Assembly (NCBI GenBank): GCA_964359735.1
Contig: CAYHTZ010000006.1
Location: 3,898-67,897 of the forward strand
Length of the DNA stretch: 64,000 bases
Reading direction: 5' to 3'
DNA from: an uncultured Candidatus Saccharibacteria bacterium
GTDB taxonomy: Bacteria > Patescibacteriota > Andersenbacteria > UBA10190
In this document: positions 9,540 through 18,505 of the stretch, in pieces
How positions within the stretch are numbered: the first letter of the stretch is position 1
How the letters are laid out: each line of letters begins with the position of its first letter
Program-made: the position numbers and the translations under genes
The notes under the pieces: model-generated
The model's database searches: none
What the model was told of the DNA's origin: nothing
What the model saw: the letters and a program-made list of their open reading frames with translations, nothing else

Positions 9540-10454
9540 ATGAACCAAACACAACTTGGATCGTTGGCGGTGATTGTGGCAGCCCTCTTGTGGAGCCTAG
9601 ATGGGTATCTTCGGCAATCGCTCTATTCGTTGCCGCCGACCGTTGTCGTGTTTTGGGAGCACGTGGTGGGATTCGTCATTTTGCTGCCGATCATACTAGC
9701 GACACTGCGCCGTTTTCGAGAGGTGACAAAAAAGCAGTGGTGGGCAATTGCGCTGGTATCATTTCTATCTGGAGCGCTGGGAACAATTCTCTACACCGCA
9801 GCGCTGGGGAAGGCGCAATACATTCCCTTTTCAGTGGTGGTGTTCTTGCAGCAATTGCAGCCGGTGTTTGCCATCTCCGCCGCCGCGCTGCTTCTTAAGG
9901 AGCCTATCGGAAAGCGCTTTGCGCTCCTTGCGGCGCTGGCACTGGTGGCGGCCTATTTCATTTCATTCCCAGATCTCACCGTGGCCGCGACCAAGGCGGG
10001 TACGTTTCTGGCAGCCATCATGGCGCTGGGCGCGGCTGCGAGCTGGGGAGCGTCCACGGCCTTTTCGAAATATGCTCTCAAGGATACGTCGTTCTTACAT
10101 ATTACGGCGGCACGATTTGGTTTGGCACCAATCTTTGCGCTCGTTTTAGCTTTTATGTTAGGGCACTCATCTTCCCTTCTTGCCTTAAGCGGACCGCAGT
10201 GGGGGAAGATCGTGGCCATTACATTTTCTACGGGTCTGGTGGCGCTGGCGATTTACTACTTTGGCCTAAAAAGAATTCCTGCCTCTCGTTCGACACTGCT
10301 CGAGCTTACTTGGCCGCTTTCGGCCGCGCTGGTCGGGTTCTTTTTTCTCGGAGATAGGCTCACTGGCACTCAGTGGCTGGGAGCGCTGGTTTTGATAGTC
10401 GTTATCTACCTTGTTGAACGGGATGCGGAGAGAGTGACACGTCAGCCGGCATAG
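9540..10454 (+). CDS. DMT-superfamily (EamA-like) permease
   Basis: 10-TM profile with two EamA-like halves; strong SD. Confidence 0.8.
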   Translation: MNQTQLGSLAVIVAALLWSLDGYLRQSLYSLPPTVVVFWEHVVGFVILLPIILATLRRFREVTKKQWWAIALVSFLSGALGTILYTAALGKAQYIPFSVVVFLQQLQPVFAISAAALLLKEPIGKRFALLAALALVAAYFISFPDLTVAATKAGTFLAAIMALGAAASWGASTAFSKYALKDTSFLHITAARFGLAPIFALVLAFMLGHSSSLLALSGPQWGKIVAITFSTGLVALAIYYFGLKRIPASRSTLLELTWPLSAALVGFFFLGDRLTGTQWLGALVLIVVIYLVERDAERVTRQPA

Positions 10455-10524
10455 GCCTGAATACGGGCTATACTACTGAGCTTGGAATGTGTGATAGATC
10501 TGTATTATAGTGGAAGGAATTCTT

Positions 10525-11148
10525 ATGATTTTTTTTAAGTCCCATACCACGATTTTTGATGAGTTTGAGAAAATGAATGTGGTTTTGCTGGAAGCGGGGG
10601 CTAAACTCTTAGAAGTGCCAAAGAGTATTCCGGAGGCACTTGGCGAATGTGCTCGGGAGGTGTCAGAATTGCAGAGAAAAGCAAACGAAGCCCGGCACGC
10701 GATAGCGGACGAGATTGATAAGTCGTTTGTGACACCTTTAGACAGAGAGGATCTGCATGTCTTAGTCGTGCGGCTGGATGCCACTCTTGATCATGCCGAG
10801 AATGCGGTTTCGAATCTCGTGGTATATGGAGTGAAGACAGCGCGTGATCCGCTGGCTGAGTTTTGTGAGACGGTCAACCAGGCCATCAAAGAATGTGTCT
10901 CCTGTGTACGAGTCCTGCGGCAGCACAAAAAACTGGAGCGGATACGACAACACTTTCAGGAACTTCATCGATTAGAAATGAAGGGGGACATCTTGTTGCA
11001 GATGGCTCTTAAGGAGCTATTTTCGCACGAACAGGATGTGCGCGAAATAATGATTTGGAAAGACATTTTTCTTTCGTTTGAGAGATCGCTTGATCGCGGG
11101 GAAGATGTCGCCGATGTCTTGGAAGGCATTTTGATCAAGAACACCTAG
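10525..11148 (+). CDS. DUF47 / PhoU-like phosphate-transport accessory protein
   Basis: Helical protein immediately upstream of the PiT transporter (classic pit-associated pair); start at ATG with AAGGA SD. Confidence 0.8.
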   Translation: MIFFKSHTTIFDEFEKMNVVLLEAGAKLLEVPKSIPEALGECAREVSELQRKANEARHAIADEIDKSFVTPLDREDLHVLVVRLDATLDHAENAVSNLVVYGVKTARDPLAEFCETVNQAIKECVSCVRVLRQHKKLERIRQHFQELHRLEMKGDILLQMALKELFSHEQDVREIMIWKDIFLSFERSLDRGEDVADVLEGILIKNT

Positions 11149-11151
11149 GGC

Positions 11152-12147
11152 ATGTTCGGGCCAGAGTTTCTGTATGTGAGTGTAGTAGTGGTGATTGCTT
11201 GGTTGTACGACTATTACAATGGTGCGAACGATGCGGCGAATGCCATTGCCACTACAGTTTCGACCCGTGTGTTGTCACCAGGTAAGGCGCTGGCTCTGGC
11301 GGCCCTGCTGAATGGGGCAGGGGCGTTTGTGAGTACGCGGGTGGCTAAGACAATCGGTAAGGGTATAGTAGACCCAGAACTGCTGGGTGGAGTTGTATTG
11401 ATAGCAGCACTTATCGGTGCGGTGGTGTGGGTGGCACTTTCCACGCGAATGGGGTTGCCGGTGAGCGTGACTCACGCGCTGGTGGGAGGAATTATTGGGG
11501 CAGTGGCGATACCGCATCATTTCGGCGTGCTGAAGGTGGCGGGCCTAAGCAAAATCTTGCTTGGTATTGTTCTGTCGCCGTTGTTGGGGCTTTTGGGAGC
11601 GGCACTGCTGTTGATACTATTGTATGCCTTGTCGCTTCGCTCCACTGCCGCTTCAGTGCAGCGTCGCTATAGTGTGTTGCAGCTTGTGTCTGCAGCTTGG
11701 ATGGCTTTATCCCATGGTATGAATGACACGCAGAATGCCATGGCCATGATCACGGTGGCTCTCTATACCACGGGGGCGATTCAGGAATTTGAGGTGCCTT
11801 GGTGGGTGCTGGTTGGGTCTGGCCTATTTATGGCACTGGGAACGTATGCGGGGGGCTGGCGAGTGATTAAGACACTGGGAATGCGCATCGCAAAGATTCG
11901 CCCGATTCATGGATTCGCAGCCGAGACTGCGGCCGGGGGAGTAATTATGGCAGCAACGTTCCTAGGTATTCCGATTAGTACGACGCATGCTATTACCGGT
12001 GCGGTACTAGGGGTAAGCGTGGCGGAGCGTCCTCGCGCCGTGCGTTGGTATGTAACGCGAGATATTGTGTTAGCGTGGATATTCACCATTCCGGGGTCTG
12101 CGATTTTAGCCGGCGTGGTATATGCTCTCCTCCGCCTCTTCTTTTAA
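11152..12147 (+). CDS. inorganic phosphate transporter, PiT family
   Basis: PiT signature GANDAANAIAT near the N-terminus and second repeat (MNDTQNAMA); polytopic. Confidence 0.9.
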   Translation: MFGPEFLYVSVVVVIAWLYDYYNGANDAANAIATTVSTRVLSPGKALALAALLNGAGAFVSTRVAKTIGKGIVDPELLGGVVLIAALIGAVVWVALSTRMGLPVSVTHALVGGIIGAVAIPHHFGVLKVAGLSKILLGIVLSPLLGLLGAALLLILLYALSLRSTAASVQRRYSVLQLVSAAWMALSHGMNDTQNAMAMITVALYTTGAIQEFEVPWWVLVGSGLFMALGTYAGGWRVIKTLGMRIAKIRPIHGFAAETAAGGVIMAATFLGIPISTTHAITGAVLGVSVAERPRAVRWYVTRDIVLAWIFTIPGSAILAGVVYALLRLFF

Positions 12148-12195
12148 AGGTAGCTAGCGCAGGCAGGACATCTGAGCGGGGGCTATACTGGGGGC

Positions 12196-13497
12196 ATGTC
12201 CTCCTTTGCTGGGCGCTACGTGCCGAGAGGCAGCGTGGTCTTGGCGGCAACTACATTTGGTTCGTACGCGCTAGGGCTGTTGCGCGACCGAATTTTTGCA
12301 CAAAGGTTTGGGTTATCAGAAAGCCTCGATAGTTACAATGCGGCGTTCCTCGTACCGGATTTCCTTTTTAACCTCTTAGTGGCCAGCGGTATTGCAGCGG
12401 CTACGGTGCCGCTCTACCTAGAAATTAAGAAACGCAACGCCAAGCAAGCAGATGTTTATATTTCAGCGCTGCTTACCTTGGCGACGATCGTTATGCTGGT
12501 TGTCAGTATAGTAGTGGTAATTTTTGCACCGCAGTTTAGCCTGCTCGTGGCGCCAGGGCTTTCGGAGGGAGGACAAGTGATGGTTGTAAGCCTGATGCGA
12601 GTTTTGGCGTTTTCTTCTGTGCTCTTTGCCGCATCGAACACATTAGGAGCAATGTTGGTGGCGAAGAAGCGCTTTTTCTGGTATGGAGTCTCCCCCATTT
12701 TATATAACGTGGGCATTATTGGGGGAAGTCTTTGGTTGGCACCACGGTTTGGCATCCAAGGTGTGGCGTACGGAACACTGGCGGGAGCCGTACTCCATTT
12801 AGCGGTGCGCTTTTGGGATGCCTGGCAGTCTGGCTGGCGCTGGCGAGAAGATCGGTTCCCGAAACAGGAACTTGTCCGCACCTTTAAGCTGATGCTGCCT
12901 AAAATGGTGGGGCACCCAGTGGAGCTGGCTACCTTTTGGATATTTACGACGCTGGCTTCAACGCTTGGAGCAGGCTCGATCAGCGCGCTCAACTTTGCGC
13001 GTAACTTTCAGAGCGTACCGGTGAGTCTCTTGGGAATCGCCATGGCCACGGCTGTCTTTCCTTCGCTCTCCGAAGCGGCACTGACGTCCGCCAGCGAACT
13101 CAAGAAACTTTTTCACCGCACGGCGCTTTCCATCTTGGTAGTCAGTGCCGCGGCTGCCATATTTCTCTACCTTATACGGGCCCCACTCGTGGCGATTCTT
13201 TTGGGTGGGGGAAGTTTCGATGGTGACGCCGTAATGCGAGTGGCGGTTACACTCGGGATATTTTGTCTTTCGATCCCAACCGAATCGCTCTCCCATCTTT
13301 TTGCGCGCGCGTTTTATGCCGTGCAGGATACCCTAATTCCTGTGGCGTTTAGTGTGGCCAGTTTGGTAGTAGCCGGCATTTCTGCGTGGTGGTTTATTCA
13401 ACGCATGGGGATTATCGGTCTCCCTCTCGGGTTTTTCTTAGGAAGCGCGGTGAAAACGGCGGGGCTGTACGTGGTGTTTGTTAGCCGGAGGAGTTGA
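12196..13497 (+). CDS. murJ: lipid II flippase MurJ/MviN (short form)
   Basis: N-terminal MurJ block (RGSVVLAATTFGSYALGLLRDRIFAQRFG.S...D.Y..AF..P). Confidence 0.85.
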   Translation: MSSFAGRYVPRGSVVLAATTFGSYALGLLRDRIFAQRFGLSESLDSYNAAFLVPDFLFNLLVASGIAAATVPLYLEIKKRNAKQADVYISALLTLATIVMLVVSIVVVIFAPQFSLLVAPGLSEGGQVMVVSLMRVLAFSSVLFAASNTLGAMLVAKKRFFWYGVSPILYNVGIIGGSLWLAPRFGIQGVAYGTLAGAVLHLAVRFWDAWQSGWRWREDRFPKQELVRTFKLMLPKMVGHPVELATFWIFTTLASTLGAGSISALNFARNFQSVPVSLLGIAMATAVFPSLSEAALTSASELKKLFHRTALSILVVSAAAAIFLYLIRAPLVAILLGGGSFDGDAVMRVAVTLGIFCLSIPTESLSHLFARAFYAVQDTLIPVAFSVASLVVAGISAWWFIQRMGIIGLPLGFFLGSAVKTAGLYVVFVSRRS

Positions 13498-13528
13498 ATT
13501 TAAACGGGGGCAGGATTACCGTCTTGGT

Positions 13529-14071
13529 ATGAGCAGGGGGCTAACGATTATATTGAGTTGGCTGGTAGCGCTGGGTCTTATCGCCCTGGCGCTGGTCTTT
13601 GGGGAAGGAGCAAAAAATGTGCGAGCGCAAATGATGCCTCCTGGCCCTACACCGACCGCCACGATGGCCGTGGAAAGGGGTGCTTGTTTTGTTCCGGATA
13701 TTATTGGCTGCAGGAATGGTGAGACTCGCAAGGCCTGTGAAAAAGATTTGGGTGGAAGCTTTTTTGCGGGCGGGGTTTGCCCTGAAGAGAAGTATTCCGA
13801 GTGTAACCGCGGTCACGTGATTTACGATGGCGAGGGCCGGTTGGATATTGGCAGCTGTGACACAAAAACTGATTTGGAAATTTTTCGAGAGTACCAGGAG
13901 TGGTTTAACGCTCGTATGGTACGACGGTGCGCTGAATTTGATACGCCAGGACAGTGCCGCTTTGATGGAACGTACTTCGGTCCGCGTGTTAAGGATATTG
14001 ATATAAGCGAAGATGGAAAGACGTGCACGATCCAAGTGGAGGCTTGGTACCGCTGCGTCAGGACGTATTGA
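13529..14071 (+). CDS. secreted or membrane-anchored Cys-rich hypothetical protein
   Basis: TM or signal segment then 10 Cys; start chosen downstream of murJ stop. Confidence 0.5.
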   Translation: MSRGLTIILSWLVALGLIALALVFGEGAKNVRAQMMPPGPTPTATMAVERGACFVPDIIGCRNGETRKACEKDLGGSFFAGGVCPEEKYSECNRGHVIYDGEGRLDIGSCDTKTDLEIFREYQEWFNARMVRRCAEFDTPGQCRFDGTYFGPRVKDIDISEDGKTCTIQVEAWYRCVRTY

Positions 14072-14080
14072 TTTCAGGGG

Positions 14081-14920
14081 TTACCCAACCACGATAATTA
14101 CTTTTTTGCCTTTGGTGATGTCGCGGTCGGCGCGCCAGTCGTGCATGGCGTTCATGACGGTACTTTCTGAAAAAAGGAAGTCGGCACCACGGCGGGTGCC
14201 CGGGTCGTTGGTGATAAACTTGCCATCGGCGGTATAGCCTTTGATCACGAACATGTGGTAGAGAGGGCCAGGTGGGGTGTAGTATGGGTTGCCTAATAGG
14301 CGGCCGGCGGCGGGGACGATGACGAGTTTGCCGGCGGTGACAGCTTCTTTAATTTGCGCGACGGTTGGGTTGTCGATGAGTTTTACCGCATCGATTTTAA
14401 AGTATTCACGCAAGATCACGGCTGTTTCTGCGGCGGTTGTGTCCTCGTAGTACCCGAAACGCTTTTCCTCAAAGGCTTTGATAGCAAGCATGTCTTTATC
14501 CGCGGATTCAGGGCTCGGAATTTTTTCTCCGCTCAGATATTTCGCAGTCATGAGCACGGAGGCTTCCTCACAGAATTCTTTGTACGGGGCTTCCCAATTA
14601 GCAAAAGGGGCTTGCACAGTGAAAGGAACAGCCAAGTTTACTTCTTCTGCTAGCTCGGCTGGTCCCGTTCCAGACCCGGTCCCAACGGGACCGGCATTCC
14701 CGCCAGGGGCGGGACTTGTCTGGAACGGGATGGGCTCAGCGATGGGCAGCGAAACTTTCTCTTTGACTTGTTCGTACTCCACTGCTTCAGGCAAGGTAGC
14801 GCGCTGGACCGCGCGGCGAATATCATGGCGGTTAAAATAGAACCCCACGGCGGAGACCAGGAGGGCAGCCACAATGGCAGCTATGATGATGTTTCGCGTC
14901 TGGTTTTTTGCTCTCCTCAT
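14081..14920 (-). CDS. membrane-anchored peptidase C39-like (YvpB-like) domain protein
   Basis: N-terminal TM segment, Gly/Pro linker, then C39_2-like block PFTVQAPFANWEAPYKEFCEEASVLM with a candidate catalytic Cys. Confidence 0.6.
   Translation of the reverse strand: MRRAKNQTRNIIIAAIVAALLVSAVGFYFNRHDIRRAVQRATLPEAVEYEQVKEKVSLPIAEPIPFQTSPAPGGNAGPVGTGSGTGPAELAEEVNLAVPFTVQAPFANWEAPYKEFCEEASVLMTAKYLSGEKIPSPESADKDMLAIKAFEEKRFGYYEDTTAAETAVILREYFKIDAVKLIDNPTVAQIKEAVTAGKLVIVPAAGRLLGNPYYTPPGPLYHMFVIKGYTADGKFITNDPGTRRGADFLFSESTVMNAMHDWRADRDITKGKKVIIVVG
14664..14729. repeat. 66-bp nested palindromic cassette inside the CDS (outer arms CCCGTTCCAGAC/GTCTGGAACGGG)
   Basis: Inner perfect palindromes CCGGTCCCAACGGGACCGG and TCCCGCCAGGGGCGGGA; encodes linker PFQTSPAPGGNAGPVGTGSGTG; related copy at 42613-42671. 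Confidence 0.45.
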
Positions 14921-15167
14921 AAATATAGTTTACCTGATCTCTGGCCCCACTCTATACGCTTCCAGTTTTTCTTTGGCAAGGGTGACCACAGCCTGGGCAG
15001 AGCCGCCCCGCGCGGTGAAAGCTGACCAGCTGGTAATGTGCGAGCGAGTTGTACCATCAGCGCTAATCTCCCAAATCTTGGGGTTGCCGGCAACAATTCT
15101 CTAGCGGTTTTTAATCTCTATTGATATCGTAAATGCAATGCAAGCTATTTGAAGGAGGTGATTCGTA

Positions 15168-15485
15168 ATGGCAGATCAGCAAATGACGAATATGCCAGTT
15201 TCAGAAGGAGACGGGGGTGGCGGCATGGGCACCGGTATGGTGGTAGGGGTTATTGTGGTCATTCTGATCATCATAGGTCTCTTCATCATCTTTGGACGGG
15301 GGGAAACGCCAGCTACGACCGGGCCGGCGGCTCCTGAGGAAGCAGGTACTCAAGAAGGAGCGAGAACCCAAGAAGACGCCGGAGCAGAAGTAAACCTCCC
15401 TTCGGCGGTTGATCTCAACGTGAACCAGGGACAGCAGCCAGCGTCGGAAGGAGCAATGGAAAAGAAAGTGTCACCGCAGCCTTAG
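15168..15485 (+). CDS. small membrane protein (single TM)
   Basis: Full SD AAGGAGGTGA 7 nt upstream of ATG; TM segment VVGVIVVILIIIGLFIIF. Confidence 0.55.
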   Translation: MADQQMTNMPVSEGDGGGGMGTGMVVGVIVVILIIIGLFIIFGRGETPATTGPAAPEEAGTQEGARTQEDAGAEVNLPSAVDLNVNQGQQPASEGAMEKKVSPQP

Positions 15486-15542
15486 TCGTACTGGCGGAGC
15501 GAATATTTAAAAAACAGGGAACGAACTATCTTCCCTGTTTTT

Positions 15543-15869
15543 ATGCGATGTGATATTATAAATGTAGAACGCAGGATCGCGGCGCTGCAGGCCGCGGGCC
15601 ATGATATTACCGTGGAGACGGAACTCGCCGCTGTGAAGGCAGCCGTGGCGGATGCGCAAGCACAGATCGATGCCGTGTTAGCCAAACTAGAAGAAATTCC
15701 TGATAGTGAAAAGCCGCGGGATGTTATGATGCAAGTGAAGGAACTGGTACAGGGCCTGCGCGATGATTTGAAAAAGGTACGTGACGCTTTTCATGCGTTG
15801 AGTAAAGCAGTGCGTGATGATGTGCGCGCATCCATTTCTCCTTCTCCAACGGTAACGGTAACGCCATGA
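15543..15869 (+). CDS. hypothetical helical protein
   Basis: ORF only. Confidence 0.4.
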   Translation: MRCDIINVERRIAALQAAGHDITVETELAAVKAAVADAQAQIDAVLAKLEEIPDSEKPRDVMMQVKELVQGLRDDLKKVRDAFHALSKAVRDDVRASISPSPTVTVTP

Positions 15870-16126
15870 AGCAATCGAATCTCATTTGGGTAATACTGGT
15901 TGTGATTGTTCTCGTGTTGGGTGTTGTCTGGGCAATGAAGAAGAGCGGGGTTACGTATGATTCGACCTCACGTCTTGAGTACGAGTCGACTTCAATGGGT
16001 GACACAATGGTAGGCCCGGAGCAAGGCATGGATGACCTCGCCACTGAAACTGAAAGTAGTGCTGCCCTGGATAGCAGCGTGGATTCGGATTTGCAACACC
16101 TCGATAAAGAACTGCAGGGAATCTAG
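15866..16126 (+). CDS. small membrane protein (single TM, acidic tail)
   Basis: 4-bp overlap with the previous ORF; TM segment LIWVILVVIVLVLGVVWA. Confidence 0.45.
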   Translation: MKQSNLIWVILVVIVLVLGVVWAMKKSGVTYDSTSRLEYESTSMGDTMVGPEQGMDDLATETESSAALDSSVDSDLQHLDKELQGI

Positions 16127-16188
16127 CATTTTCCACTCACTTGCGGGGCTGTGCCGGGAGCGGTACATATAGTAGTTATCCAAGAATC

Positions 16189-16899
16189 ATGAAGCGCTGG
16201 ATTTTTCTGAGTGCATTTTTGGCGGCCGCCGGGGTTGCCAGTTTGTGGTGGTCACAAGGAGCGCCAGCGCCTTCAGCTCCCGCTCCCACTGAGGTTCCGG
16301 CACTGGTCGCGCAACTGCCCGTCGCAGAAGAGGTTGAGGCGGCGTCCCCACCTTCTCTCAATGCGGAGGTAGCATTTGTGGGGCCGCGGGAGAATATCCC
16401 GGCCGAGGCGCCGACAGCTCATGGGTTTTGGTCGTTTGCACAAGCGGTGCCAGGAGCGCTTTCTCGCTCGGGGCAACCTTTAGTAAGTGAATTCGAGTGG
16501 TTGAAGAATCAGGGGTGGAAAAGCGTGGTGAATTTGCGGACAGATGGCGAGCGCTTGGAAATAGGGGACGATGCAAAGCTGCCTGGCTTCCTAGAGTTAG
16601 GTTTGCAATATATGCATTTACCCATGCGTGACGGCAGCCCGCCTACTTCGCAGCAGGCAGAGTCGTTCTTAGTATTTGTGACGAAATCAGAGAATCAACC
16701 CGTGCATGTGCACTGCCGCGGCGGCATCGGCCGGGCGGGCACAATGACAGCACTCTATCGCTACGCCGTGCAAGGTTGGCCGATGCAAGAAGCGATTGCC
16801 GAATCTCGTCTCTTCGAAGGAGGTGTCAGCGATTCACAAAAGCAGTGGCTCCTCGAGTGGGCAAGTACAAATTTGCCGGGGAATTATGGCAAAACGTAG
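16189..16899 (+). CDS. membrane-anchored protein tyrosine/dual-specificity phosphatase
   Basis: CX5R P-loop VHCRGGIGRAG; N-terminal signal or TM segment. Confidence 0.75.
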   Translation: MKRWIFLSAFLAAAGVASLWWSQGAPAPSAPAPTEVPALVAQLPVAEEVEAASPPSLNAEVAFVGPRENIPAEAPTAHGFWSFAQAVPGALSRSGQPLVSEFEWLKNQGWKSVVNLRTDGERLEIGDDAKLPGFLELGLQYMHLPMRDGSPPTSQQAESFLVFVTKSENQPVHVHCRGGIGRAGTMTALYRYAVQGWPMQEAIAESRLFEGGVSDSQKQWLLEWASTNLPGNYGKT

Positions 16900-16941
16900 A
16901 GCCGACTCTTATCAGTGTGGATTTGTAGTAAGTTGCTACAA

Positions 16942-16971
16942 ACACTCCCATATTTTGAAATATGGGAGTGT
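16942..16971. promoter_or_regulatory. 30-bp perfect palindrome ACACTCCCATATTT-TG-AAATATGGGAGTGT between convergent genes (operator candidate or bidirectional terminator)
   Basis: Near-identical half-site to the palindrome at 17460-17487 upstream of the same TrpR-like gene. Confidence 0.5.
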
Positions 16972-16977
16972 AAAAGT

Positions 16978-17433
16978 TTAGAGATCGCCTAGGAGTAGGC
17001 GGAAGAGAAGCATGCGGCTGTCGCCTCGCAGTGACCGTTGTAATTCCGGCGGAAAGTCATCAACTAGACTGCGCTGTCGGGCCCGGGCTGCGCGCTTTTT
17101 TCTACGGCTTCTAGCTTTTGCTAATCGTTTTTGACCTTCGCGAATTAATTGATACTCGTAGGCAGCATCAGTGAGCCAACGATCAACCCCGCCTATGGTG
17201 GAAGTTCCTGCACCCAATTTCCGCTGAATTTGCTCGTAGGTAAGACCGCTCACTAACATTTCTGCCACTTCCCAACGGCGCATGAGCATGACTACTTCAC
17301 TTTCAGTCAATAAGCGGTTCAAAAAGAATCGCACCTGTTCTTTCTTTTTAAGTGAGGCGATGATCTCTGCCAGGCGATCGAGAAATGCGCGTCGCTTTTC
17401 TGGTGCCAGTTTTCGGTAGTTATACCTTGCCAT
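16978..17433 (-). CDS. TrpR-family (YerC/YecD-like) DNA-binding protein with basic C-terminal extension
   Basis: LLTESEVVMLMRRWEVAEMLVSGLTYEQIQRKLGAGTSTIGGVDRWL matches the Trp repressor-like HTH; start at MARYNY with AAGGA SD. Confidence 0.7.
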   Translation of the reverse strand: MARYNYRKLAPEKRRAFLDRLAEIIASLKKKEQVRFFLNRLLTESEVVMLMRRWEVAEMLVSGLTYEQIQRKLGAGTSTIGGVDRWLTDAAYEYQLIREGQKRLAKARSRRKKRAARARQRSLVDDFPPELQRSLRGDSRMLLFRLLLGDL

Positions 17434-17459
17434 GTCCTTAATACCTTCAATTATTATTT

Positions 17460-17487
17460 TACTCCTATATTTCAAAATATAGGAGTA
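17460..17487. promoter_or_regulatory. 28-bp palindrome TACTCCTATATTT-CA-AAATATAGGAGTA centred about 40 bp upstream of the TrpR-like start; candidate autoregulatory operator overlapping the promoter
   Basis: Shares half-site TACTCC(C/T)ATATTT with the 16942-16971 palindrome; followed (minus strand) by TAAAAT and the SD. Confidence 0.5.
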
Positions 17488-17660
17488 AAATAAGTGTGTA
17501 TATCTTTTAGCCGGGGCTCTATAAGCCGGCGGCAATGAGCTGATCGCGGAGAGATGTGATTTCGAGAATGGCGGTTTGGGCTAGGTTGCCGGCGGCGATT
17601 TGCTTTTCAAGCTCGCTCTGGAAACTTTTAAAGTCTGCCTGCATTCCCAGGCTTGTGTCA

Positions 17661-18140
17661 CTAAACTACTTTTTTGCGTCGGTAGATTGTGTATGCTCCA
17701 CCACCTGCGACTAGGGCGGCGAGAGTTATAATGATCACGCCTAAGCCACTATCTTCTGAGTTAGCTGGGATTGTTACAGGAACATTCGCTGGCTCATTAG
17801 TGGGTGTTGGAGAAGACTCTTTAGTGACGCCCAGGACTTCGCCCTCTGAGTCTGGTGTTGGACTAAGTACAGGTGCGGTGTTCGAGCTAGGAGATGGTGT
17901 AGGAGACGAAGCGATCATTTTGGTTGGGAGTGGTGTCGATTTTTTAGTTGTGATTGGGGGTAGCTGTGCTCCGCCACTGTGACAATGCCGTTCGTCCCAC
18001 GCCTCGCCCCACTTGTCACAGTTGGTTCGACAGTAATGGCAGCCATCTGAGGCGGTGTTGCCAGGATGGGCATACACAGGAGGACCCAGCACTAATGTGC
18101 TCAAGGTAATTGTTAGGAATACTTCTCCCCTAATAGTCAT
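17661..18140 (-). CDS. secreted Cys/His-rich protein with Pro/Ser/Thr linker and C-terminal TM anchor
   Basis: Signal peptide; cluster DGCHYCRTNCDKWGEAWDERHCHSGG (possible metal site); C-terminal hydrophobic segment plus RRKK. Confidence 0.5.
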   Translation of the reverse strand: MTIRGEVFLTITLSTLVLGPPVYAHPGNTASDGCHYCRTNCDKWGEAWDERHCHSGGAQLPPITTKKSTPLPTKMIASSPTPSPSSNTAPVLSPTPDSEGEVLGVTKESSPTPTNEPANVPVTIPANSEDSGLGVIIITLAALVAGGGAYTIYRRKKVV

Positions 18141-18197
18141 AACTTTTTAAGTTACATTTTTCTACTATCTGAGTCAAGCTGTGAAGGAAGTTGAGCA

Positions 18198-18440
18198 CTA
18201 TAGTGGATCAGTCCAAGGGAAAATGATATTTGGCGGTATAATCAGCTTACCGAGTGTTTCTTCGCAAGCCGCCGTATCGGTTGGTAAATCGCCGCAAGTT
18301 AGGGATTGGTAAAAGACATTAGCATTGTGTGTACGGATCAATATCTGGTTTTGTTGGTATAGCAAAATGATCAAAACTGCTAAGAGAGTTAGGAAAATAT
18401 AAAGGCTTTTATTGAGGTTGTGATTAAAAACCTCGGGCAT
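18198..18440 (-). CDS. small membrane protein
   Basis: ORF with one TM segment; weak support. Confidence 0.3.
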   Translation of the reverse strand: MPEVFNHNLNKSLYIFLTLLAVLIILLYQQNQILIRTHNANVFYQSLTCGDLPTDTAACEETLGKLIIPPNIIFPWTDPL

Positions 18441-18505
18441 GGATTTACTTTATCACAATTTTCTTCTCACTTGAGCAAGGGGTGAAAGTGCCGCACCCTA
18501 GAGGT

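Noticed and set aside
9395-9898. 167-aa plus-strand ORF covering the hairpin leader and running into the DMT gene in another frame
   Set aside because: Overlaps a clearly supported transporter CDS out of frame and consists of the palindromic leader; no start context.
12456-12992. 178-aa minus ORF inside murJ
   Set aside because: Antisense to a well-supported polytopic MurJ ORF.
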